Origin: Christensenellales bacterium
GTDB lineage: Bacteria > Bacillota > Clostridia > Christensenellales > UBA3700
NCBI GenBank assembly: GCA_051883455.1
Contig: JBJETT010000012.1
Location: 64,833 to 128,832 of the forward strand
Length of the DNA: 64,000 nt
Direction: 5' to 3'
In this document: positions 38,559 through 46,962 of the stretch, piece after piece
How the letters are laid out: each line of letters begins with the position of its first letter
Position numbering within the stretch: position 1 is the stretch's first letter
The notes under the pieces: model-generated
Told to the model about the DNA's origin: nothing
Databases searched by the model: none
The model's input: the letters and a program-made list of their open reading frames with translations, nothing else
Translations under genes and position numbers: made by a program

Positions 38559-40301
38559 ATGAACTATCAAGAAAATTACAATTATTGGAAAAACAACGTT
38601 GAAGAAAAGTATCAAGCCGAGATGATATCTATCGGCGGTGACGAAAAGGAAACCAAGGAGAGATTTACTCTGCCACTCGCCTTTGGTACTGCCGGCATGC
38701 GCGGTACTATCGGCATGGGTATAAGCAATATGAACGTCTATACCGTGGCAAGAGCAAGCCTCGGACTTGCCAAGTACATACTCAGTCTTGGCAAAAAGCA
38801 AGCCGAGATGGGTGTCATCGTATCTTACGATACTCGTAGAATGTCCTTTGAGTTTGCTTTGACGACTGCAAGAGTGCTGGCTAAGTGCGGCGTAAAGGTT
38901 AGACTGTTTGAGAACGTTAGACCTGTGCCAATGTGCTCATTTGCAGTAAGACACCTCGGTTGTATCGCGGGCGTTATGATTACCGCCAGCCACAACCCGA
39001 AAGAGTACAACGGATATAAAGTTTACGGCGACGACGGCGCGCAAATGTCGCCTGAGGCCACCAAAAAAGTGGTGGAATATATCGACCAAGCAGACTACTT
39101 CGGCATAGATTTGCAAGACGTCAAGACGACAAACCACGACGATATCAAGGGCAAGGACAACTACGAACTCGGCGAAAATATCACCGTGGTGGGAGCAAGC
39201 GCGGACAACGCTTATTACGATACTATCGAGAAGTTGGGACTATCTCCCGACTCGGTAAAGAGAGTGGGCAAGGATATAAAAATCGTGTATAGCCCTATCC
39301 ACGGCTCGGGTTGGATACCCGTGACTACGATACTTGCAAGAATGGGTATCGAGGTCAACGTGGTAGAAGAACAAAAATACCCCGATACCGAATTTAGAAC
39401 GGTGAGCGTGCCTAACCCCGAGCAAAGCGAGGCGCTTAGTATGGGTATACAACTCGCCGACAAGCTGGGTAGCGATATCGTCATCGGTACAGACCCCGAC
39501 TGCGACAGAATGGGCGCGGCAGTGAGGGACGACCAAGGAAAGTTCGTACTGCTCAACGGCAACCAAATAGGCGCAATGCTGATGAATTACATTTTGTCAA
39601 GACGAGAGGAGGAGGGCAATATGCCGTCCAATCCTGCCGTAGTCAAGACTATCGTAACCACTAGCCTTGCCGATAGAATTGCTCGCAGCTACGGCGTGAG
39701 AGTGTACGACGTGTTGACGGGATTTAAGTTTATAGGCGAAAAGATTAAGGAGTGGGAAACGAGTGGAGAGAGCACTTTCTTGTTCGGCTACGAGGAGAGC
39801 TACGGTTATCTCTCGGGCACTCACGCAAGAGATAAGGACGCCGTGGTGGCAAGTATGCTCTTTGCCGAGATGGTGTGCTACTACACCGACAAGGGCGTAA
39901 AAGTGTATGACAAACTGATAGAGTTGTTTGAAAAATACGGTTACTTCGTAGAGAACAGTAAGTCGATTTTCTTCAAGGGTCTCGACGGTATGCAAAAGAT
40001 GGCGGATATTATGACTAAGTTCCGTCAAAGTGAATTGAAAGAGATCGCCGGCACAAAGGTTGTCAGTAAGACAGACCTCAACGTGGGCAAGAAGTATAAC
40101 TGCGACGGCACCGTCGACGACGTTGACCTACCTAAGACCAACGTGGTCAAGTGGGATTTGGGAAACGACGAGTGGGCGTGCGTAAGACCGAGCGGAACCG
40201 AGCCGAAACTCAAGATTTACGTGTCCACCAACGCGGGCGATAAGCAGACCGCTAGCGAGAAAAATCAAAAGATTATGACGGCAATATCAGAGATGATTTG
40301 A
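38559..40301 (+). CDS. phosphoglucomutase / phosphomannomutase (alpha-D-phosphohexomutase)
   Basis: Active-site TASHNPKEYNGYKVY and GTDPDCDR motifs. The start is moved to MNYQENY at 38559 (GAGGTG RBS) instead of 38475. Confidence 0.9.
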   Translation: MNYQENYNYWKNNVEEKYQAEMISIGGDEKETKERFTLPLAFGTAGMRGTIGMGISNMNVYTVARASLGLAKYILSLGKKQAEMGVIVSYDTRRMSFEFALTTARVLAKCGVKVRLFENVRPVPMCSFAVRHLGCIAGVMITASHNPKEYNGYKVYGDDGAQMSPEATKKVVEYIDQADYFGIDLQDVKTTNHDDIKGKDNYELGENITVVGASADNAYYDTIEKLGLSPDSVKRVGKDIKIVYSPIHGSGWIPVTTILARMGIEVNVVEEQKYPDTEFRTVSVPNPEQSEALSMGIQLADKLGSDIVIGTDPDCDRMGAAVRDDQGKFVLLNGNQIGAMLMNYILSRREEEGNMPSNPAVVKTIVTTSLADRIARSYGVRVYDVLTGFKFIGEKIKEWETSGESTFLFGYEESYGYLSGTHARDKDAVVASMLFAEMVCYYTDKGVKVYDKLIELFEKYGYFVENSKSIFFKGLDGMQKMADIMTKFRQSELKEIAGTKVVSKTDLNVGKKYNCDGTVDDVDLPKTNVVKWDLGNDEWACVRPSGTEPKLKIYVSTNAGDKQTASEKNQKIMTAISEMI

Positions 40302-40307
40302 TGAAAA

Positions 40308-40332
40308 AGACCGAACGACGTTCGGTCTTTTT
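40308..40332 (+). terminator. intrinsic terminator after the phosphoglucomutase gene
   Basis: GACCGAA-CGACG-TTCGGTC followed by TTTTTG. Confidence 0.8.
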
Positions 40333-40384
40333 GTTGGGGAAGGGAAAAGATATCCGTCTTTGCCCTATTATGGGAGTTGGGTCT

Positions 40385-40410
40385 AAAAAGTCGATACGTA
40401 TCGACTTTTT
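40385..40410. terminator. recurrent palindrome AAAAAGTCGATACGTATCGACTTTTT (consensus copy)
   Basis: Perfect 26-nt palindrome overlapping the stop codon of the convergent ferritin-like gene. Confidence 0.7.
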
Positions 40411-40918
40411 AGTATTGCGTTGGCTCTTGCGCGAGTGTGGAGAGCAAGTCTTGGAATATGGAGATATGCAACTCTTCGTCCATTATTATACGGGAGATGA
40501 GGTCTTTGAGCGAAGGGTTGGATACGCACTCGATAGTGCGACGATATTTGGCGATGGCTTGCCGTTCCGCCTCGATATTGGCACGAAGAATAGCGACGGG
40601 ATTTTTGATATAATTGACGTTGCTACCCGACCAAAAACACGTGCTTCCCGCAATGATAGGGTCGCCACCTGCCATTACGATTGCTTCACCGAGAAGTTCG
40701 TGATGGTGCATCTCCGTAATAGCAATGCCCATGAGAGCGTCACCTATCTCGGGATATTCCGTGTCCAATATGTAATGTTGGTATACGTATTGCATAACTG
40801 CCGTGGTTTCGCTCTTACGACCGCCGTAGTCGTCAACAAGACAGCGGACTTCTTTGGGAGATAGATAGCCCGTAAGCTCGGGATAAGGTAGTGATAATGC
40901 GTATTGTTGGGTATTCAT
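40409..40918 (-). CDS. ferritin-like / manganese-catalase-family (CotJC-like) protein
   Basis: 169 aa. ETTAVMQYVYQHY, EMHHHELLGE and ERQAIAKY...DEELH resemble a di-iron four-helix bundle. Confidence 0.6.
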   Translation of the reverse strand: MNTQQYALSLPYPELTGYLSPKEVRCLVDDYGGRKSETTAVMQYVYQHYILDTEYPEIGDALMGIAITEMHHHELLGEAIVMAGGDPIIAGSTCFWSGSNVNYIKNPVAILRANIEAERQAIAKYRRTIECVSNPSLKDLISRIIMDEELHISIFQDLLSTLAQEPTQY

Positions 40919-40977
40919 AATATGCTCCTTAGATTGGTCTAGAGTATTGTATTCGGGTGGGGCGTTTTCTGTTACTC

Positions 40978-41212
40978 TTTGACGGCATAGCTACGTCGCA
41001 ATACTATGTCGAGTTTGTGAAGTATATGTGCCGTGAGGCACCTCCTTTACACAAAGGCTAACAATCCCCCACCCGACTTTCGTCGGGAGCCCCCTTTGCA
41101 CAAAGGGGCCTTTTTATAAGGATGATATTCCCACGCCTTACGGCTCGGAATGACATAACTACTTGAGATTGCCAAAGCATCGGGCGCAATGGCAAACATA
41201 GGAATTGCGGGC
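40978..41212. repeat. intergenic repeat array F
   Basis: A MITE-like head followed by its own inverted copy (40981-41037). A double hairpin with CCCGAC-TTTC-GTCGGG then CCCCCTTTGCACAAAGGGG (41071-41108). Two GAGATT-type units. Confidence 0.85.
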
Positions 41213-41304
41213 AAAGTTACCTCTATGTAAGGATTTGAAAGCACTCAAAACTACGATTTGGGGGATATAATGCTATAAAAAAGCCAAAAATTGATAAAAA
41301 ACAG

Positions 41305-41333
41305 TTGAAATTTGATAATCGGTATGTTATCAT
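41305..41333 (+). promoter_or_regulatory. sigma-A type promoter upstream of secG
   Basis: TTGAAA, a 17-nt spacer, then TATCAT. Confidence 0.45.
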
Positions 41334-41367
41334 ATGTTAGCAATCAAAAAATGGAGGATTGTTATTG

Positions 41368-41664
41368 ATGAACTTTATGTACATGCTCTCGGCTGCATTG
41401 ATACCGGCAGAAGTAACCAACTGGTTGCGTCCAACGCTTCAAATTCTTATGACTTTGGTGAGTGTGGCTGCTATCGTAATAGTTTTGATGCAAAAGGGTA
41501 CTAACGACAATATTGGCGTAATTGGCGGTCAGGAAACCGAAACTTATGCGGGCAAGAATAAGGCAAAATCTAAAGAAAGCGTGTTGAAAAAACTTACCAT
41601 TGTTATGGGCGTTTTGTTCTTGGTGCTTTCGGTATTGTTCTTTATCACTTATCTCGAAGCATAA
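41368..41664 (+). CDS. secG: preprotein translocase subunit SecG
   Basis: Two TM helices flanking LMQKGTNDNIGVIGG. Located upstream of smpB and ssrA. The ATG at 41368 is preferred (GGAGG 10 nt upstream) over the TTG at 41359. Confidence 0.7.
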   Translation: MNFMYMLSAALIPAEVTNWLRPTLQILMTLVSVAAIVIVLMQKGTNDNIGVIGGQETETYAGKNKAKSKESVLKKLTIVMGVLFLVLSVLFFITYLEA

Positions 41665-41753
41665 CGAAATCTAGAAATCGAGTTCCCTTGCTGCAATAGG
41701 CAAGGGAATTTTTTTGACCTAATTGGAAGGTAATATTGCAATGGGGCGGCAAG

Positions 41754-42045
41754 CAATCCCTCCGTCTTGCCTTTCGGCAAGCCACCTCCCTTTGCACAAA
41801 GGAGGCTAAAAGTAGAGATTGCCGCGGCTAAAGCCTTTGCTAACGCAAAATGTACACAGCGCAATGACATAAAGCGGTTGAGATTGCCACACTTCGTTCG
41901 CAATGACATATAGCTTAGATTCCCACGCTTAACGGCTTTACTAACGCAAAATGCACTGGGCGGAATGACAGAAAACACGAGATTCCCATGCCTGACGGCT
42001 CGGAATGACACATTACTTGGTTTAGGCGCCACCGCAATGAAAACA
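41754..42045. repeat. intergenic repeat array G
   Basis: A double hairpin (CTTGCC-TTTC-GGCAAG then CCTCCCTTTGCACAAAGGAGG, 41754-41805) followed by four GAGATT(G/C)CC...AATGACA units, two of them the long CTTTGCTAACGCAAAATG variant. Confidence 0.9.
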
Positions 42046-42173
42046 CCCTTGAGTCACGGCAAGAGTGTAGAATGTAATCGCTTGCGCTAACAAGATAGGC
42101 GTCAAATTGGACGGCGCTATACAAATAAAAATAACTATATACAAAATAAAAGAAAGAGTGTATAATAATAAAG

Positions 42174-42635
42174 ATGGACAATATCAAGATTGTTGAAAAT
42201 AACAAAAAAGCCTATTTCGATTATTTTATTGAGGACACCTTGGAGGCGGGCATAGTGCTCGTGGGTAGCGAGGTCAAGTCGATAAGACAGGGGCATATCA
42301 ATATCAAAGACAGTTTTTGCACTATCGTGGAAGGAGAAATGTGGCTAATCAACGCACACATCGCGCCTTACGAAAAGGGCAGTTTCTTTAACGTGGATAG
42401 TAGAAGAAAACGCAAACTGCTGATGAACAAAAGAGAGATAAACAAGCTGAGAGGCTACGTCACCCAAAAGGGTTACACCCTAGTGCCGACCAAGGTTTAC
42501 TTTAAGCAAGGCTTGGTCAAGGTGGAAGTGGGACTTGCCAAAGGTAAAGAGCTCCACGATAAGAGGCGCTCTCTGGCTGAAAAGCAGACTAAACGCGACG
42601 TGGAAAGACAAATCAAACAATATAATGCAAAATAA
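42174..42635 (+). CDS. smpB: SsrA-binding protein
   Basis: [29 protein letters not shown] and a basic C-terminal tail. Confidence 0.9.
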   Translation: MDNIKIVENNKKAYFDYFIEDTLEAGIVLVGSEVKSIRQGHINIKDSFCTIVEGEMWLINAHIAPYEKGSFFNVDSRRKRKLLMNKREINKLRGYVTQKGYTLVPTKVYFKQGLVKVEVGLAKGKELHDKRRSLAEKQTKRDVERQIKQYNAK

Positions 42636-42645
42636 GGAGATGCAT

Positions 42646-43914
42646 ATGAAGATAGATACCAATTGCGTACAAGGCGGATATAGCCCAAAGAACGGCGAAG
42701 CGAGAGTTTTGCCTATTTATCAAAGCACGACCTTTGCTTACGACACGCCCGAGCAACTCGCAGACGTGTTTGACCTCAAAGACCCGGGATTTATGTACAC
42801 CCGTCTTGGCAATCCAACCGTCAATTATTTTGAAGACAAAATCGCATTGCTCGAAGGCGGTGTGGGCGCGCTTGCTACCTCGTCGGGACAAGCTGCCGCA
42901 CTGCTTGCAATTCTCAACGTGTGCAACGCAGGCGACAATATAGTAGCCGTCAACAAAATCTACGGCGGAACCTTCAACCTGCTCAACGTTACGTTGAGAA
43001 GGTCGGGCATAGAAACGCGTTTCGTAGATCCCGACGCCGACGCGGACGAGATAGAAAAACTCATTGACGATAAGACCAAGGTCATCTTTGGCGAAACCGT
43101 TGCCAACCCTGCAATGACGATTTTTGACTTTGACAAGTTTGCCGCAATCGCCAAGAAGTACGGCATTTTGCTCTACGTCGACAATACCCTTGCCACGCCT
43201 ATCTTGTGTAGACCTTTGGAACTAGGCGCCAACGTCGTGCTTCACTCTACCACTAAGTATATTGACGGACACGCTTGTTGTGTGGGCGGTATTATCGTAG
43301 ACGGAGGCAACTTTGACTTCGTGGGCAATCCTCGCTATCCGATGTTCAACGAGCCCGACGCAAGTTATCACGGAATGGTGTACACCAGAGATTGCGGTAA
43401 CAAGGCTTTCGTAGTCAAGGCGAGAGTGCAACTATTGAGAGACCTCGGCACGACTATGAGTCCGTTCAACGCCTTTTTGACCAATATGGGAGCGGAAACT
43501 CTGCACCTCAGAATGGAAAAACACAGCGCCAACGCGCTCGCCGTTGCCAAGGCTCTTGTGAACAACCCTAAGATAGAAGAGGTGAGATACAACGGATTGG
43601 AGAGCGATCCGAGCTATGAGCGTAGTTGCAAATACTACCTCGGAAGAGGCTTCGGCGGAATGATGACCTTTTGCGTCAAGGGCGGTAGGGAAGCCGCAAA
43701 TAAGGTGATGAAAAACCTCAAACTTGCCAAAATCGTCACCCACGTTGCCGATGCAAGAACTTGCGTGCTTCACCCAGCAAGTACCACACATAGACAACTC
43801 ACCGACGAACAGTTGGTGGCTTGCGGTATCAAGGACAACCTAATCAGACTCTCGGTGGGTATCGAGGACGCCGAGGACATCATTGCCGACCTCGAACAAG
43901 CACTCAACGCTTAA
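42646..43914 (+). CDS. metY: O-acetylhomoserine aminocarboxypropyltransferase (sulfhydrylase), PLP-dependent
   Basis: PIYQSTTF, the HSTTKYIDGH PLP-lysine motif and LSVGIED. The start is moved to MKIDTNCVQGG at 42646 (AAGGAGA RBS). Confidence 0.85.
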   Translation: MKIDTNCVQGGYSPKNGEARVLPIYQSTTFAYDTPEQLADVFDLKDPGFMYTRLGNPTVNYFEDKIALLEGGVGALATSSGQAAALLAILNVCNAGDNIVAVNKIYGGTFNLLNVTLRRSGIETRFVDPDADADEIEKLIDDKTKVIFGETVANPAMTIFDFDKFAAIAKKYGILLYVDNTLATPILCRPLELGANVVLHSTTKYIDGHACCVGGIIVDGGNFDFVGNPRYPMFNEPDASYHGMVYTRDCGNKAFVVKARVQLLRDLGTTMSPFNAFLTNMGAETLHLRMEKHSANALAVAKALVNNPKIEEVRYNGLESDPSYERSCKYYLGRGFGGMMTFCVKGGREAANKVMKNLKLAKIVTHVADARTCVLHPASTTHRQLTDEQLVACGIKDNLIRLSVGIEDAEDIIADLEQALNA

Positions 43915-43938
43915 AATACGACCACAAAGGAGAAAAAT

Positions 43939-44874
43939 ATGCCGATAGTTATTCCTAAATCACTGCCTGCGTTTCAAATACTGACCAAGGAAAGGATTTT
44001 CGTTATGCCTCAAGCGAGGGCAATCAAACAGGATATCAGACCTATCCGTATTGCCATCGTCAATTTGATGCCGACCAAAATCGATACCGAAACGCAACTT
44101 ATGCGATTGCTAGGCAATTCTCCTCTGCAAATAGAAGTCACTTTGGTGGCTATGGATAGCTATACCTCGCGCCATACCCCTCTCGAGCATATGGAAAAGT
44201 TCTATAAGACCTTCGACCAAATCAAGGATACCAAGTTCGACGGCATGATTATCACCGGCGCGCCCGTGGAACAAATGGCATTCGAAGAAGTGGCGTATTG
44301 GAAAGAGTTGACGAGAATAATGGATTTTTGCGAGAGCAACGTTACCTCGACTATTTATATTTGTTGGGGCGCACAAGCGGGCTTGTACTACCACTATGGC
44401 ATCAACAAGCACAACCTCGACAAAAAGCTATTTGGCGTGTGCAGTAACGTCAGTTGCGACACTAAGGAACTTTTGCTCAAAGGTATGGACGATACTATAT
44501 ATATCCCAATGTCAAGGCATACCGCCGTGGACGACCAAGCCATTGCCGCCAACCCCGACCTCGTGCCTCTCGCTTACGGCGACGACTGCGGTTATAGCAT
44601 CATCAAGTCTAAGGATAACCGCAAGTTTTTCTTGATGGGACACAGCGAGTACGATAGAGAAACCTTGCGCAACGAGTACCTCAGAGATAAAGAAAAGGGC
44701 TTGGATATCGAGCAACCTTTCAACTACTTCGTCGGCAGAGATATCAACAAAATCGACATGAAATGGAAGTCTACCGCCAACCTGTTGTTCTATAATTGGC
44801 TTAATTATTACGTATATCAAGTTACGCCATACGATTTGACGGCGGATATGCGTCGCGATACTGTGTCGAACTAG
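43939..44874 (+). CDS. metA: homoserine O-acyltransferase (MetA family). The last 13 codons are encoded by a repeat element.
   Basis: IRIAIVNLMPTKIDTETQ and GAPVE...ICWGAQA motifs. The conserved NYYVYQVTPYDL end runs into the TTGACGGCGGATATGCG repeat head at 44836. Confidence 0.85.
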   Translation: MPIVIPKSLPAFQILTKERIFVMPQARAIKQDIRPIRIAIVNLMPTKIDTETQLMRLLGNSPLQIEVTLVAMDSYTSRHTPLEHMEKFYKTFDQIKDTKFDGMIITGAPVEQMAFEEVAYWKELTRIMDFCESNVTSTIYICWGAQAGLYYHYGINKHNLDKKLFGVCSNVSCDTKELLLKGMDDTIYIPMSRHTAVDDQAIAANPDLVPLAYGDDCGYSIIKSKDNRKFFLMGHSEYDRETLRNEYLRDKEKGLDIEQPFNYFVGRDINKIDMKWKSTANLLFYNWLNYYVYQVTPYDLTADMRRDTVSN

Positions 44875-45088
44875 CATTTTTGTTTGGTCACATACAAGGA
44901 GTATGCTCCCTGCACAAAAGCCGCGTTCTCCTTGTCTCGCTCGCATCTCCACCGTCAAATGTGGAGGATAGCGGATATGCGACGTTAGGCTTTGTCAAGC
45001 GGCAATTTTTCTTGCTCACGTACGCCTAGTACGCTCGCTTCGATAAAATCACCGCTTTTCGCGCCTAACTCGCATCTTCACCGTAAAA
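44836..45088. repeat. intergenic repeat array H (two MITE-like units)
   Basis: Head-plus-tail units at 44836-44960 and 44968-45088, matching arrays B and E. Confidence 0.9.
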
Positions 45089-45356
45089 TGGGGGATAAGA
45101 TAAACTAAACTAGGGCAAAACACGTTGTGGTGTAAACAACTTTCCGCTCCCTTAAGACGGCAAATCCATTTGACATAAGTTCGTAATTTTGGAAGAATTT
45201 GTGTGGCGAAATAGGTTGTAAATTAATATAAAGTTATGTAAAATATAGTTGCTGAGCAATTAGATTGGGGATAATTTACTTGTAATCCAATTGCTTTGAG
45301 ACAATTAGCGTTGCTAAGTAAAAAAATCAAAAAAGTCGACACGTATCGACTTATTT

Positions 45357-45699
45357 GGGGGTGTTACGGATTCGACAGGAGAAATGAGGACTGTGTAAGC
45401 ACGGCGAAGGCTCGGCTTCGTAAAAACGGAAATTAAATTTAAACGCTAATAATAACAAACAAATTGCCGTAGCTGCTTAATCGCTCGGCTGTCGTCCAAG
45501 GGCTCCACGACTTTGGAACGGCATCAGTCAGTGGAAAGTGCCTAAGGGAAGCACCCGTGCCCATAGGCGAGATTAGGGCTTGTTCGACGACGACTTGGTA
45601 GCGTTGGCGCCGTCGAAGACCAATCAACGCATACTAACCGTGTAGAAAGCCCAGTAAGAATTCTTTTGGACGCGGGTTCAACTCCCGCCATCTCCACCA
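45357..45699 (+). ncRNA. ssrA: tmRNA (transfer-messenger RNA)
   Basis: 5' GGGGGUGUUACGGAUUCGAC. 3' GGACGCGGGUUCAACUCCCGCCAUCUCCACCA, whose acceptor stem pairs with the 5' end. Tag ORF GCT AAT AAT AAC AAA CAA ATT GCC GTA GCT GCT TAA (45445-45480) encodes ANNNKQIAVAA. smpB lies upstream. Confidence 0.95.
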
Positions 45700-45703
45700 C
45701 TCT

Positions 45704-45748
45704 AAACCTAACTTGAACCATTGATATGGGTGAGAGTTAGGTTTTTTA
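45704..45748 (+). terminator. intrinsic terminator after ssrA
   Basis: AAACCTAACT...AGTTAGGTTT stem followed by TTTTAT. Confidence 0.7.
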
Positions 45749-45775
45749 TTGTCCAGTTATTTGGCTCTTGCAGGT

Positions 45776-46912
45776 TTAGCATATAAACATTTCGATAAGC
45801 ATCTTTTTGGTATTAAGTTTTGGGGCGTTGGGCTTTTTATAATGCAAATGACCGATAATTGAACAAAAAGAAAAACCCTGACTGTCGTCAAGGTTTAATC
45901 GTGTTGGGTTGTTGAATATGATTTTTACTTTGTCTTCGTATAAGATTATTTCTTTCACCAGATGCTCAATCAGCATTTTTGGTTCGAGTTTTAGGGCTTC
46001 TATATAGAACTTACGCATTTCGCTTTCTGATATTTTTGTCTGTTGTCGACTTTTTTCTATTATGATTTCCTTTTCTAGACTATCTTGTTGTTGCTCAAGT
46101 TCCTTTAATCTTTGGATAGTGGTTCTTGTGGAAGCGCCGTTTTCGATTGCTTTTACGATATTGTTTAATGCTTTATCAACTTTACTTTTTTCTTTAGTTA
46201 GCATTGATAGGGTTTGATTCATCATTGTGTTTTCTTGCATTTTTAGCAAGGTTGGCACGATTTTGTTGATGATTTCAGGTTTGCTCATTTCTTTAATTAT
46301 GGCATTTATAATTAGTTCTTCCAAATACTCTTTGCGAACTTGCGATTTTAGACAACCGTTGTGGTCAATTTTTCTACCTTTACACTTGTAGTATCTAATT
46401 ACGCTACCGTTTTTTGCAGTTCCTGTTTCCGCAACAATCGGTCTGCCACAATATCCACAAGTTACTTTACTTCTCAATAAGTATTCGGTTTTTACGCTCC
46501 GTTTGCCATATCTATTTTTGTCTATCTTTGAACGGACGATAGAGTATATTTCCGTTGAGATAATTTGTGGATAAGTATTGTAGAAGACTTCGTCTTTATA
46601 TCGGTATACACCCGAATATTTTTCGTTTTTTAATATTCCGTATATGGTGTTTTGAGCAAACGGTTTTCCTTTGTGGTAAATACATTTATTGTTTAAGTTG
46701 TCGATAATTTCTCTAACGTAAGTGCCTTTTGCATATTCTTGGAAGATGTATCTAACGATTTCCGCTTCATTTTCGTCGATTATGATTTTTTGTTGGTTTA
46801 GTTTGTAGCCATAGGGTAGACCTCCACCGTGATAAAGTTCTTTCAATCTTGTTTCTCTCATTCCACGTCTAATCTTTTGCGAGAGTTCTGCCGAATAATA
46901 TTCTGCGTATCC
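45776..46912 (-). pseudogene. large serine recombinase, C-terminal 378 codons (recombinase domain and zinc ribbon), severed from its catalytic domain
   Basis: The frame stays open upstream of the track Met (46861) to 46939 and reads ...FDLLEGYAEYYSAELSQKIRRGMRETRL. There is no resolvase catalytic domain. The missing N-terminus is at 57866-58246. Confidence 0.8.
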
Positions 46913-46962
46913 TTCAAGTAGGTCAAATGGACATAATGCCTATTTTGAGGGTAGTTGGTTTG

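Noticed and set aside
41815-42045. CRISPR-like appearance of the GAGATT...AATGACA arrays (also 31772-31975 and 28248-28392).
   Set aside because: The segments between conserved blocks are 8-34 nt, of very unequal length, and are themselves recurrent variants seen at other loci rather than unique spacers. The conserved blocks are degenerate, copies occur in both orientations, and there are no cas genes in the window.
45439-45627. 62-aa ORF on the minus strand.
   Set aside because: It lies inside the tmRNA gene.
45700-45780. An expected tyrosine integrase and ssrA 3'-end duplication typical of tmRNA-targeted islands.
   Set aside because: No integrase of that type is present in the window. The adjacent gene is a serine recombinase, and a duplicated ssrA end, if any, would lie beyond 64000.
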